59,835 nt of DNA from a phage: the sequence record PZ445421.1; one strand, given 5' to 3'. Of the stretch, positions 45,771-54,470 are shown in pieces (position 1 is the stretch's first letter; every line of letters starts with the position of its first letter). A model generated the notes under the pieces. It was not told the DNA's origin and did no database searches. It worked only from the letters and a program-made list of their open reading frames with translations. Made by a program: the position numbers and the translations under genes.

Positions 45771-48316
45771 AACTTAATGACTTCATTCATTCTCTCAATG
45801 TCTACCAAATAACATTTCATTCTTGGTGGTACAAAATCAGGACCGAATAAACTTGAGAAGTCCATAGGCCTCATTTCAGCAAGAACTTCCATAGACATCA
45901 GACCATAAATTGTATTGTCTATGACCTGCAATATGTTGTCATTTCTTGTCTGCTTGAATGCTTTAAATTGCCTACAATAAGTGCATAAATCACTCCGTGT
46001 GACTATAAATGAGTCCTTAAACATTGGGAACCGTTTATACACGTAAGCCTTTACTTCCCCATCCAAGAACTTCTTGATAGAGTTGAGCATTATTTTCTCG
46101 CGGCTTGTACTGTCTGTAGACCCAATCTGCCCACTGTTACGCTTCTCTAAGAAACGCTCGTTACCCTGATCGATAAATGACTCAGCCCAACGATAATGTT
46201 CCATAGTAACAACTGGTCGTTCACTGTTATCCGCAACAGCAAGAAGAGAGGCGATACGCAATACCTTCAACGCCTTCCTTGTGTACATCTGACGAATTAC
46301 TTCGTCTTGTACCTGTTCACCATCATTACCGCTGTTCAGGAACTTCGCGACAACATTGTCAAGGTTATCAAATGCTTCATGTACCTCTGCTTCCATTTCA
46401 ACATAACATGGAGCAGTCCCTGACATAATACGCACAGCTTGTTTATAGATAGCTCCAATAGTGCGTAGAATTGCTTCTGGATATTCCAGGAGCATACTTT
46501 TATTCATCAACGGTCTGTCAGCTGTACATTCCCATGCGATAATACGGGACATGAAGCCACTCGACATCATGCGGTCATCAACGTTCCCGTAAAATTCATC
46601 CGGTGTCGTTTCACCTGCAAAACTATACGCCTTGACCTTACCGCCAGCAGTCGTATTATCTTTACTAGAGTGCTTTGAACCACCAGAGAAAGCATAGAAA
46701 TGCCCCTTGTCATAAAGGGAAAGCATTTCATCCATAATGTCTTTAGCTTTACCGACTTCCATCTTACCGTTACGGAAAAACGCACCGACTTCAGTCTTAT
46801 AGTTAATGGATGAGCCACAAGACATAACGGATGTATCCATTATGACGTCCTTGCGCAATGCAGCATCAGACGCATAGGTACTTGTATCCAGGACACGTTC
46901 AATACCAAATATCTGCTGGCCATCTTGACCTCCATAATTGGACACTTGAGAAAGAATAGTTTCAATGTTAGAGCGAAACGCTTCTTTACCAATACCAGAA
47001 CGTGCAATTAATACAAAGTAGTTATTCAGACCACTTCGTGTGACTGTGTTCCACGCCTTACCGCACATACCACTAAATAAAGCAAGAGCAGACAGAATAC
47101 TAATGTCTTTAATAGGCAACAAGCTCGCTTTATACATATTACGCGCAACCTCGCCCATAAAGCCCGGAGGCCAAGCGAGACCGTCCGCCTGCTCTTCAGT
47201 GTAATTACCATCTGTGGTCAACACTTCTTCAGGTGGGCGTTCTGGTGTAGTTGCTTGACGTAGTTTTTCCGTGCGCTCTATAGCTGCATTAACGTTATTC
47301 TGAACTATCTGCATAAGTCCCATAGATTTAACATGGGCATCATAACGATAGTTGCGAATCATTCTATCCAAATGATACGGACGTTTGATTTTTTCACCAG
47401 GCATACGACGGGAATCATCGTAACGACTACTCATTGGTGAATACATGAACAGACGTCTTACCTGGAAATTGTACTTACTCTTAAAGCAAAGAAAGTCAAT
47501 TAATGCAAATTCTGCTTCAGACTGGGAAGGGAAACAACGTTCACCGATAGAAGTATCAACTTCTTCAGCTCTCCAACGACCTTCCCATAGCTGCTTAAAC
47601 AATGTTCCGTTTTCTTGTTCGCACAACTGAATATAGACATCCTGGTCTTCCATTGCATATGGGTCGTTACTAAAATCTTCTTCAGTAAGTTCCAGCATTT
47701 GGAAGCCATCAGACTCATTAATCTCACTCATCTCTGACATAAGCTGATGAATGAGATTAGCGATATACCCTTCGCTTTCACTACCTGGAGCACCAGACAC
47801 AGTACGCGGAGTAATATCCCAGTGATCACCTGTACAGATAATAAAACGATACTGTGAATACACTTCCACATCATCACGGCGCTTACCAGCCTGAGGGATG
47901 GAATAAATCCATGTATGCAACCCATCACCACTTCTGGAAATTTCCGTATAGCTATGGAACGATTCAACAATCTTCTTATATCGCTCACCAGCAACTTTCT
48001 TTTCCATTTCAGACATGGTATCTTTAATGTCCATGTCTATACAACAGAACGGGTCACTTGGAAGTAGATAGAAACCTAAACGCAAATTATGGCCAATCTC
48101 GTTATAATAACGAACGCAGCGTTCAGCATCTTCAAAAGACATAAGTAAATGCAGGTTAGACGGTTTCTTATCGTTGCCATCTTTACGAAGTGGGACCATA
48201 TCCCCTAAATCATCATCCCACACATAAGGTTGTTTTTCTGATGATGTACCTGGATGAAAACCGCAGACAGCCCACTGTTCGTATTGTTTAATTTCTTGAG
48301 GAAAAAGTTCCAGCAT
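45767..48316 (-). CDS. primase-polymerase (AEP-like) fused to P-loop NTPase/helicase domain
   Basis: 849 aa; AEP-like 'CCIDMDIKD' (DxD) and 'SGDGLHTW' (sxH); central P-loop-like 'ARSGIGKE'. Confidence 0.55.
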   Translation of the reverse strand: MLELFPQEIKQYEQWAVCGFHPGTSSEKQPYVWDDDLGDMVPLRKDGNDKKPSNLHLLMSFEDAERCVRYYNEIGHNLRLGFYLLPSDPFCCIDMDIKDTMSEMEKKVAGERYKKIVESFHSYTEISRSGDGLHTWIYSIPQAGKRRDDVEVYSQYRFIICTGDHWDITPRTVSGAPGSESEGYIANLIHQLMSEMSEINESDGFQMLELTEEDFSNDPYAMEDQDVYIQLCEQENGTLFKQLWEGRWRAEEVDTSIGERCFPSQSEAEFALIDFLCFKSKYNFQVRRLFMYSPMSSRYDDSRRMPGEKIKRPYHLDRMIRNYRYDAHVKSMGLMQIVQNNVNAAIERTEKLRQATTPERPPEEVLTTDGNYTEEQADGLAWPPGFMGEVARNMYKASLLPIKDISILSALALFSGMCGKAWNTVTRSGLNNYFVLIARSGIGKEAFRSNIETILSQVSNYGGQDGQQIFGIERVLDTSTYASDAALRKDVIMDTSVMSCGSSINYKTEVGAFFRNGKMEVGKAKDIMDEMLSLYDKGHFYAFSGGSKHSSKDNTTAGGKVKAYSFAGETTPDEFYGNVDDRMMSSGFMSRIIAWECTADRPLMNKSMLLEYPEAILRTIGAIYKQAVRIMSGTAPCYVEMEAEVHEAFDNLDNVVAKFLNSGNDGEQVQDEVIRQMYTRKALKVLRIASLLAVADNSERPVVTMEHYRWAESFIDQGNERFLEKRNSGQIGSTDSTSREKIMLNSIKKFLDGEVKAYVYKRFPMFKDSFIVTRSDLCTYCRQFKAFKQTRNDNILQVIDNTIYGLMSMEVLAEMRPMDFSSLFGPDFVPPRMKCYLVDIERMNEVIKL

Positions 48317-48325
48317 GTTATTACC

Positions 48326-48562
48326 TTAAAACGTAGCGGGATTAATTTCAAATAACGAACGTGATGGTACAACATCAAAGTTGACATCTACCAGCTTAAA
48401 AGAATTCGTGTAAACACACCATGTACCGACTTTTTCATTAAAGACGGGCTTGTCATTATTAAACGCGTACACGCAACCATCAGAATCTGTTGCAATATAT
48501 CTTGTGTCTTTTGGTACTTCTACATCCGAACCATAATAGTGAACGGTAATTAAATCTGACAT
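48326..48562 (-). CDS. hypothetical protein
   Basis: 78-aa ORF. Confidence 0.45.
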   Translation of the reverse strand: MSDLITVHYYGSDVEVPKDTRYIATDSDGCVYAFNNDKPVFNEKVGTWCVYTNSFKLVDVNFDVVPSRSLFEINPATF

Positions 48563-48611
48563 GTTATTCTCCTACGATCCATTAGGCACACATAGTATAT
48601 ACTGATGGATC

Positions 48612-48631
48612 GCAGGGGGCTAACCCCCTGC
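48612..48631 (-). other. GC-rich hairpin without U-tract
   Basis: GCAGGGGG-ctaa-CCCCCTGC between two minus-strand genes. Confidence 0.3.
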
Positions 48632-48634
48632 AAA

Positions 48635-49033
48635 TTACGGTACTAAGACCCAACGACAGGCGAAAGGTTGGCACGTTATTTCTTCTTTAGAGATGTTAAT
48701 TCGGTCCCTGAACATTATTCTCGGATAAAAATACTTCATATAATTATCCGAATCCGTTTTACATTGTGCATTCAATATGCGGGAGCTGACAACAAATTTT
48801 AAATCCGCCCAATCCTCCATAGAATTAGAAAAAGATAAAATACGCCCATTTCCACGAACTTTAGCCGTTGACTCAACTGGTAGCCTGTGATTAATATCAC
48901 ACGGTAAGTCTAAAGCAGGTATCTTTCCTTTGATTAATTTATCTGTATTAAAAGAACCAATTTCCAAAGTATGGATATTTTGACCTTTAATTGGTTCTTC
49001 AAACTTAACATCGACAACGAGTTTGACTAACAT
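48635..49033 (-). CDS. hypothetical protein
   Basis: 132-aa ORF. Confidence 0.5.
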   Translation of the reverse strand: MLVKLVVDVKFEEPIKGQNIHTLEIGSFNTDKLIKGKIPALDLPCDINHRLPVESTAKVRGNGRILSFSNSMEDWADLKFVVSSRILNAQCKTDSDNYMKYFYPRIMFRDRINISKEEITCQPFACRWVLVP

Positions 49034-49048
49034 ATATTACCTTCACAA

Positions 49049-49318
49049 TTACCATAAAATTTCTACACTTTCAGTATCCATCTGACTCAATGGTTGCTTA
49101 TATGAGATTGTATATCCAAATGATACCAGTTGTTCAGTCACCTTTCTCATTGCAGGACGTGCATTAGGACTACCAATTTCACTATATGGCTTTTCAAATA
49201 ATTTAATATGATTCCTGCCATCTAGAGACGCTTTAGTAATCCATTTATCCAAATCATCAAGATATGCACTGGTATCCAAGTTTTCACTATTTGTACGAGC
49301 TTCTTGTACTGTGATCAT
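49049..49318 (-). CDS. hypothetical protein
   Basis: 89-aa ORF. Confidence 0.5.
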   Translation of the reverse strand: MITVQEARTNSENLDTSAYLDDLDKWITKASLDGRNHIKLFEKPYSEIGSPNARPAMRKVTEQLVSFGYTISYKQPLSQMDTESVEILW

Positions 49319-49320
49319 AA

Positions 49321-49644
49321 TTATTGCTCCATAGCTTGTTTGATCAATGCGTCATAAATACATTTCGCACTAGACGCGTTCCACAGTTGTTCGTCTGTCT
49401 GAACTTCCTGGCTCCATTGCTTGTCAAATAAACCTTCTTCATACGCGTCTTTAATACGCTCGCACAAAGTAAAGATGTCGGTTTGAAGAATATCAATTTC
49501 TTCTTGGGTTAACGCAACCTGGAGTTCTTTATTCATCTGTATCACCTTCTTTATTCTGTTGACCACATGTTGGTGTCCATTCGCCGAGCAATAATCGTTT
49601 ATAATCACCTTTGCGCATACGCTCGAATCACTCAGTGTGGTCAT
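49321..49644 (-). CDS. hypothetical protein
   Basis: 107-aa ORF. Confidence 0.5.
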   Translation of the reverse strand: MTTLSDSSVCAKVIINDYCSANGHQHVVNRIKKVIQMNKELQVALTQEEIDILQTDIFTLCERIKDAYEEGLFDKQWSQEVQTDEQLWNASSAKCIYDALIKQAMEQ

Positions 49645-49921
49645 GAGGATTGTCGCTTACTTTATAGTCTATATTAACACACGTTTCTTTGAAATCCATA
49701 CCTTCCAGGTCTACGTTATAACAGATATCGATTTCAATACCTGGCTCAGTTAATACCCAAAAACCATCGCCATCAATACATTCGCACCACTGAGGTTCAT
49801 TCTCGAACGCAGTTAAAGTACCGTCCTCGTCGACCGCAAGGTATTTCGCCCACACAGGAACAAACAACACTTCACCGAAGTAGCGAACAGCCTTCTGAGT
49901 AAGATTAATTTGCATCTTCAC
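49628..49921 (-). CDS. hypothetical protein
   Basis: 97-aa ORF. Confidence 0.5.
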   Translation of the reverse strand: MKMQINLTQKAVRYFGEVLFVPVWAKYLAVDEDGTLTAFENEPQWCECIDGDGFWVLTEPGIEIDICYNVDLEGMDFKETCVNIDYKVSDNPHDHTE

Positions 49922-50258
49922 CTCCCGTTACCAGTTCCAAAGTCTCACGAAGCAGACGCTCGAGCTTCGATTTATTTTTGATAAGCTGATATTGCCGATC
50001 CACCACAAGCGCCTTCTGACGGTTACGCATAAGGTATTCGAACGCACTTTGAATATCTTCGACTTTACCTTCGTAGCCTAAAGCCTTCGCAACGTGCGAC
50101 ATACGATGCAGCAAGAAGTCCGCCGAGTCCATAACGTCCATCGCATTGACAATAGCGTCAAGTAAATCCGGATTTGCAATCGGGTCCAGCTGTTTAGCCT
50201 GTTCAAGAAGACGCACCTTTGCTTTATATAAAGACGAATTGCTTATTGTTTGCATCAC
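49905..50258 (-). CDS. hypothetical protein
   Basis: 117-aa ORF. Confidence 0.5.
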   Translation of the reverse strand: MMQTISNSSLYKAKVRLLEQAKQLDPIANPDLLDAIVNAMDVMDSADFLLHRMSHVAKALGYEGKVEDIQSAFEYLMRNRQKALVVDRQYQLIKNKSKLERLLRETLELVTGGEDAN

Positions 50259-50722
50259 TTCCTCCAGATATCACGCGATTCTTTAATACGGATGTTGTAC
50301 CGTATAAGTTGTTGCATAATTTTATGCAGGTCATCGAGATGCTTCCTTAAACGAAGGCGTTTCTTGATAGCCCACAGGTTCTTCATATCCGTTCGTTGCA
50401 GATCCTCCCTTAAATACAATGAAAAGTCAGTCTGCCGATCTAAGATAAATTGGATACGCATCAAAGTATCTGACTTACGATAATCAGGATACCATTTAGG
50501 AAGAAGATCTTGTTCGTGAATCACCTTATGCTCCAAACTGATCAATGTACTCAATGAGCTCTTGCAATTCTTGCTGTAACTGCACATTACCACTATTATT
50601 CGTCTGAAGTCTAACGAGGCATTCCTTGATATGTGTAATGTGGTTAGCACCCATCCGACGCTTCTGTACATCGCACCAGCGAACAACACCATCTTCAATA
50701 TACGCACGACGCGCTTTACCAC
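50255..50722 (-). CDS. hypothetical basic protein (start uncertain)
   Basis: Track ORF overlaps the upstream gene by ~200 nt; the true start is probably an internal Met. Confidence 0.35.
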   Translation of the reverse strand: MVKRVVRILKMVLFAGAMYRSVGWVLTTLHISRNASLDFRRIIVVMCSYSKNCKSSLSTLISLEHKVIHEQDLLPKWYPDYRKSDTLMRIQFILDRQTDFSLYLREDLQRTDMKNLWAIKKRLRLRKHLDDLHKIMQQLIRYNIRIKESRDIWRK

Positions 50723-51146
50723 GCGGGTATCTCAGTGGCCGAACTTCACACTTATCGCCAACCCACTTAAAGCCCAGGATCATAACAGCGTTACCTTCCG
50801 TATCAGGACACACGTCAAAGCAACTGTTGAACCCTTTACTGTGCATATACTTGTCCAGCGGAATCACACAATCCACATCTAACAACCAGTACCCGAAGTA
50901 AATGTCAACAGTAAACATCATCCCAAGCATCGGAGCCGACCAGCACATATACATCCGCCCGTCATCCAACTTCTTGACAGCATTCGGCCGCAACATCAGG
51001 CCAGCCGCCTTCCACGCTTTGACCACATTACTTAGGCTGTCATTATGCTGTTCTAATATGTCTACCGCTTTGGCGTACATTTCTTCGTTATAACCGAACA
51101 TTTCCTGTACGTGTGCGTGCGTTATTTCAATATTACTATTCCGCAT
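50526..51146 (-). CDS. hypothetical protein (first gene of the leftward operon)
   Basis: Track ORF to 51197 (TTG); ATG 51146 with SD 'GGTGAGG'. Confidence 0.5.
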   Translation of the reverse strand: MRNSNIEITHAHVQEMFGYNEEMYAKAVDILEQHNDSLSNVVKAWKAAGLMLRPNAVKKLDDGRMYMCWSAPMLGMMFTVDIYFGYWLLDVDCVIPLDKYMHSKGFNSCFDVCPDTEGNAVMILGFKWVGDKCEVRPLRYPRGKARRAYIEDGVVRWCDVQKRRMGANHITHIKECLVRLQTNNSGNVQLQQELQELIEYIDQFGA

Positions 51147-51312
51147 AACCTCACCCTTGATAATAATAATCGACCGATTTTGAAATTCAGTTGCCAAGTT
51201 TTAATTTATGCGAAGTTTTTGCTATTTGCAATTGTGACATTTTGCGGTGTTTGTATGTGCAATGTTTTTGCTTTTGCAAAAATTACAACAGTCTGAAGGT
51301 GAGAAATTGTAC

Positions 51313-51520
51313 ATTTATAAAGATCGGTGAAAAAATGCACAATTTATAAAGACCCCGTAATACATAAAACGGCGAAGCGAAGTGTATGAAAAATAAGGGA
51401 AAATTTCGAGGGTTTGGGGGAACGTGTGAATTTATAAATTTTATAAAGGGGTCTCGTAGGGGTCGTCAGTAGACAACTCAAAAACAAAAAATCTTTATAC
51501 AATTTATATAAATACACACA
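51313..51520. repeat. AT-rich region with repeated ACAnTTTATAAAGA / TTTATAAA motifs and GGGGTC direct repeats
   Basis: TTTATAAAG at ~51314, ~51353, ~51441; GGGGTCTCGTAGGGGTCGTC at 51448-51467; (CA)n-like run near 51513. Confidence 0.5.
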
Positions 51521-51559
51521 TACACACATTTTTTACCTTATTTTTCATGCACTTACCTC

Positions 51560-52120
51560 CTTTCATTTCGTATATTAAGCGTTAATACATGAGCAATATA
51601 ACATATATTTGTTGCGCAACGACTGTGTGTTTTCTAACCAATCGAAAGATTGCTTTATATACGTCCGCGCGTCTAACACAAAAGAAAAGTAGATTGCAAG
51701 CGATTTTTGCTGATGTAACTCTCGAAGTGAAAGCGATTTGCGAGGTTGAAATTTTGTAGCCCGAAAACGATTCTATTTTATGGTATAAATGTCGGATTTT
51801 TCGGTGAAAGCTGGCTTTTCGGTGAGGTTGGGTGGCTGGGATCGGGGTAACGGGTAGCCCATAAAGCGAAAATAGCCGCGAAAACGGGGCACGTAGCGCG
51901 ATTAAATGGTTGGATCGGTGTAAGGGTGGCGGTGAGGGGCGAAAATGCCGCAAAATCGCGTACAGGGAAGCAGGGAGTGGATGGCTGTAAGGGCGTATAA
52001 GGCGACTAAATTGGAGTCTATGGTAATGTATGGAAGAAGGATTCAGGTTCTTAGAGCGCGAATGGTGGAGCTATGGGTGAGGAATATGTGGTCAGCAGGG
52101 TAACGCGGGAGGTGGTGCGG
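51560..52120. other. ORF-poor, strongly purine/G-rich (plus strand) region with many short direct repeats
   Basis: Repeats TTTTCGGTGA x2, GCGAAAAT x2, TGTAAGGG x2, GGTAACG x2; the minus strand is C/T-rich and G-poor. Confidence 0.45.
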
Positions 52121-52122
52121 GT

Positions 52123-52159
52123 ACAAAAACGAAAACGCCCCGTTGGACTTCAACAGGGC
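52123..52159 (-). terminator. rho-independent terminator (minus strand)
   Basis: Minus strand CGCCCUGUUG-aaguc-CAACGGGGCG followed by UUUUCGUUUUUGU. Confidence 0.65.
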
Positions 52160-52184
52160 GCGGATTCTAAAATGGTTTTAGAAG

Positions 52185-52433
52185 TTATTTACAAGTTAAT
52201 AGTACCGCCCAGGTATTATCTGGAAGCGTACCAATTCCACGGATTTTCAACTGGAGCGACTGGTGCTGCATGTTGTAGTTGTCTAGTAACTCCTGGGCCG
52301 CGGCAGCGGCGTTCGCTTCACTGTTGAGGCTGTAGTCGTTACTCGTTACCGCGCACATACCGAGACCAACTGCTTTGAAGCGCAAACCTTTGGATTGAGT
52401 CGGTGCGAGTGCTTTGACATGGATAGCTTGCAT
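52185..52433 (-). CDS. small protein (82 aa), paralog of 52963..53211
   Basis: Shared N-terminus 'M(A)QAI..K.LAPT.S.G.R.KA' and shared C-terminal pattern with the second copy. Confidence 0.55.
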   Translation of the reverse strand: MQAIHVKALAPTQSKGLRFKAVGLGMCAVTSNDYSLNSEANAAAAAQELLDNYNMQHQSLQLKIRGIGTLPDNTWAVLLTCK

Positions 52434-52462
52434 ATTATATATCTCCGTTACAATTTGAAAGG

Positions 52463-52720
52463 TTAGCAGTTTTTTAACAGGTTGATGAAGCCCGCCAGCG
52501 TGGACGCTGTTGCAACCAGGCGGCCTATAGTATGCAGTTCCGCGTGAACTTTACCGTCGTCAAATACAGTTAAATAAACGTTAAGACCATTGCAACGGAC
52601 GCGATATTTGCGCGCGTTATTACCGAAAGTTTCTAGCTCTGCGGTGATAGTCGCGAGATTAGCTATACGTTTTCCGATAATACGGCGAGTGATAGTGGAC
52701 TGGTTTAATACTGTAGACAT
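52463..52720 (-). CDS. hypothetical protein (85 aa)
   Basis: First gene downstream of palindromic promoter module 1. Confidence 0.5.
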   Translation of the reverse strand: MSTVLNQSTITRRIIGKRIANLATITAELETFGNNARKYRVRCNGLNVYLTVFDDGKVHAELHTIGRLVATASTLAGFINLLKNC

Positions 52721-52751
52721 AATAATTTCCTCTGTTAACTATGAGAAGTGC

Positions 52752-52780
52752 ATATTATTGCCCACTGTTACTATGGGCAA
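52752..52780 (-). promoter_or_regulatory. promoter with embedded palindromic operator (TTGCCCA-N9-TGGGCAA), copy 1
   Basis: Minus strand reads TTGCCC-N17-TAATAT; the palindrome overlaps the -35/spacer; ~30 nt upstream of ATG 52720. Confidence 0.5.
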
Positions 52781-52788
52781 TGTATATG

Positions 52789-52953
52789 TCACTCAGCGGA
52801 AACATATTCTAACGCTTCTGATAGTGTAGCGAAGTGACCATCACTCACCAGATTAATAGCGTATTCAAGTTGATCGCGGGTCAGGTTGCGAAACTTGTTA
52901 CGGATGTGATAGCAACGACCGCGATAAATAAGCTGGAAATAGTTGCGTTCCAT
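52789..52953 (-). CDS. small ORF (54 aa), below track cutoff
   Basis: ATG 52953 with SD 'GAGGGA' overlapping the stop of the upstream paralog; encodes MERNYFQLIYRGRCYHIRNKFRNL... Confidence 0.3.
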   Translation of the reverse strand: MERNYFQLIYRGRCYHIRNKFRNLTRDQLEYAINLVSDGHFATLSEALEYVSAE

Positions 52954-52962
52954 AATTATCCC

Positions 52963-53211
52963 TCATGCAGTGATAATGAAGGAGTAACCGCTTTGATCCG
53001 GGAGCTCACCACCAGCGAGGATCTTAAACTCGGCGTCCATTTTAGCGTTTAACTTTTTGACCAGCTCTTCCACTGCGGCGCGATGGTTGCCGTATGTGTC
53101 CAACTGGTAACTCCAGGCAATAGTCACGGAACTATTCCAGCACGTTGCTTTTACACGATCGCCACGGGACATAGTTGGAGCCAGGAATTTAGTGATAATT
53201 GCTTGTGCCAT
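52963..53211 (-). CDS. small protein (82 aa), paralog of 52185..52433
   Basis: See paralog above. Confidence 0.55.
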   Translation of the reverse strand: MAQAIITKFLAPTMSRGDRVKATCWNSSVTIAWSYQLDTYGNHRAAVEELVKKLNAKMDAEFKILAGGELPDQSGYSFIITA

Positions 53212-53216
53212 GATAA

Positions 53217-53402
53217 TTACTCCGGTAAAATTACAGTGACGTTAATATTTGCAATGCGAGCGCACTCGCGGAAACCTTTTACATAAGCATCCATTTCGTC
53301 ATAGGATGCGAAAGTTGCGTCCGGGACTGGTCCGTTGTTAATATTCACGCAATATTCATGTTCGTCCAGGTCAACCCAACAATTCAGAACGATAGTTTCC
53401 AT
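53217..53402 (-). CDS. hypothetical protein (61 aa)
   Basis: Track ORF 53217..53435; ATG 53402 with SD 'GGAGGG'. Confidence 0.45.
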   Translation of the reverse strand: METIVLNCWVDLDEHEYCVNINNGPVPDATFASYDEMDAYVKGFRECARIANINVTVILPE

Positions 53403-53403
53403 A

Positions 53404-53478
53404 TTATTTGCCCTCCGTATAGTACAGACCTGCAACTATTGGAGCTCCGAATACCAAGAACGCTAATAAGTAGAACAT
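53404..53478 (-). CDS. hydrophobic micro-peptide (24 aa), below track cutoff
   Basis: ATG 53478 with SD 'AAGGGGG'; encodes MFYLLAFLVFGAPIVAGLYYTEGK; sits exactly between two genes. Confidence 0.3.
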   Translation of the reverse strand: MFYLLAFLVFGAPIVAGLYYTEGK

Positions 53479-53480
53479 AA

Positions 53481-53960
53481 TTAGTTGCCCCCTTTATTGT
53501 TGAGCCCGTTGAATTTACGCCATGCGTAGAATTCAATCGTTGCATTATTAATATTCCAACCATTAGCTTTCGCAAGGTCACGGACGTTACCAATAGTTGG
53601 CACACTATCAGGTAACATATTATCCAGGGCATTCCAAACGTCTGCGCATTTACCTTTAATCGGGCGACGGACCCCGTTGCGCGTTTCGCTGCGCGTTTTA
53701 CCTTTGGCGGGAGCGACCGGAGCTTGTTGTGTGGTCACTTCCACGACAGTCGCTTTATCAGCTTCAACCAGATCGTTAGCCGCCTTATTAACCGCGCTTT
53801 CGCTGTACCAGTAGCGGCCACCGTCTTCGTGCGGTTCCTGGTGAATAAAGCTGTTAGCTGTCGCTGTGTCTACGTCCAGAACCTTTTTCAAGGCACGGCG
53901 AGCGTTAGACATGTTGGTGAAAAAGCGAGCATCTTTTGCTACGCGAGTGATAGTAACCAT
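53481..53960 (-). CDS. hypothetical protein (159 aa)
   Basis: Track ORF to 53975; ATG 53960 is served by the 'GGAG' that follows the first ATG. Confidence 0.5.
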   Translation of the reverse strand: MVTITRVAKDARFFTNMSNARRALKKVLDVDTATANSFIHQEPHEDGGRYWYSESAVNKAANDLVEADKATVVEVTTQQAPVAPAKGKTRSETRNGVRRPIKGKCADVWNALDNMLPDSVPTIGNVRDLAKANGWNINNATIEFYAWRKFNGLNNKGGN

Positions 53961-53993
53961 TGTGAATATCTCCATGCTGTTCTAGCGGATTGC

Positions 53994-54022
53994 ATATTTT
54001 TGCCCACTGCGACAATGGGCAA
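53994..54022 (-). promoter_or_regulatory. promoter with embedded palindromic operator (TTGCCCA-N9-TGGGCAA), copy 2
   Basis: Minus strand TTGCCC-N17-AAATAT; near-identical ~45-bp module to copy 1, including the flanking GTATATGTCA. Confidence 0.5.
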
Positions 54023-54034
54023 AGTATATGTCAA

Positions 54035-54208
54035 TCAACTATCTTGTATATTGTCCAGTAGATGCGCGAGCAGATCCAGCTGGCTCTTGGTTTTGAGAGC
54101 TTCTTCTCCGGTTTGCTCTTCGTACTCGTTGTAGAGCGTAACATACAACCATTGAAACAGGTCTTCAGCAATAAGGCACTGAGAGTCGGTTAGTTGGATG
54201 GTTTTCAT
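54035..54208 (-). CDS. small acidic ORF (57 aa), below track cutoff
   Basis: ATG 54208 with SD 'AAGGGGA'; its 3' end overlaps promoter module 2. Confidence 0.35.
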   Translation of the reverse strand: MKTIQLTDSQCLIAEDLFQWLYVTLYNEYEEQTGEEALKTKSQLDLLAHLLDNIQDS

Positions 54209-54390
54209 GGTGTTCCCCTTCGGGTGAGGCGGGCGCGGAACCCGTGTCCCGCTTAAAAACCCCCTTTACCCTACGCAGTTATAATAGGACAACTGGGTAT
54301 CAGATGCAACTATTATCTGCATTATTTTAGAACTTTTTTAGTTGTGTTTCGTAATAATAACATCCGGTACTATGCGGTAGATGGTGTGCC

Positions 54391-54470
54391 GGAAATACCA
54401 GGTAGCGCGAGCGTGTCGAAAATACCAGGTAACAGCACGCGCCGAAAATACCAGGTAGCACATACATAGA
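54391..54470. repeat. iteron array: three direct repeats with 26-bp period (core GAAA(A)TACCAGGTARC)
   Basis: Units begin at 54392, 54418 and 54444; read directly. Confidence 0.7.

Noticed and set aside
51582-51953. 123-aa minus-strand ORF (Pro/Ser/Arg-rich) in the purine-rich region
   Set aside because: Composition driven by strand asymmetry, no SD, overlaps repeat elements; treated as non-coding
53384-53632. 82-aa minus-strand track ORF overlapping two operon genes
   Set aside because: Overlaps better-supported ORFs (53481..53960 and the 24-aa peptide) in another frame; no SD
54391-54470. Possible CRISPR array
   Set aside because: Only three 26-bp-period units with partially conserved spacers, no leader or cas genes; better explained as iterons
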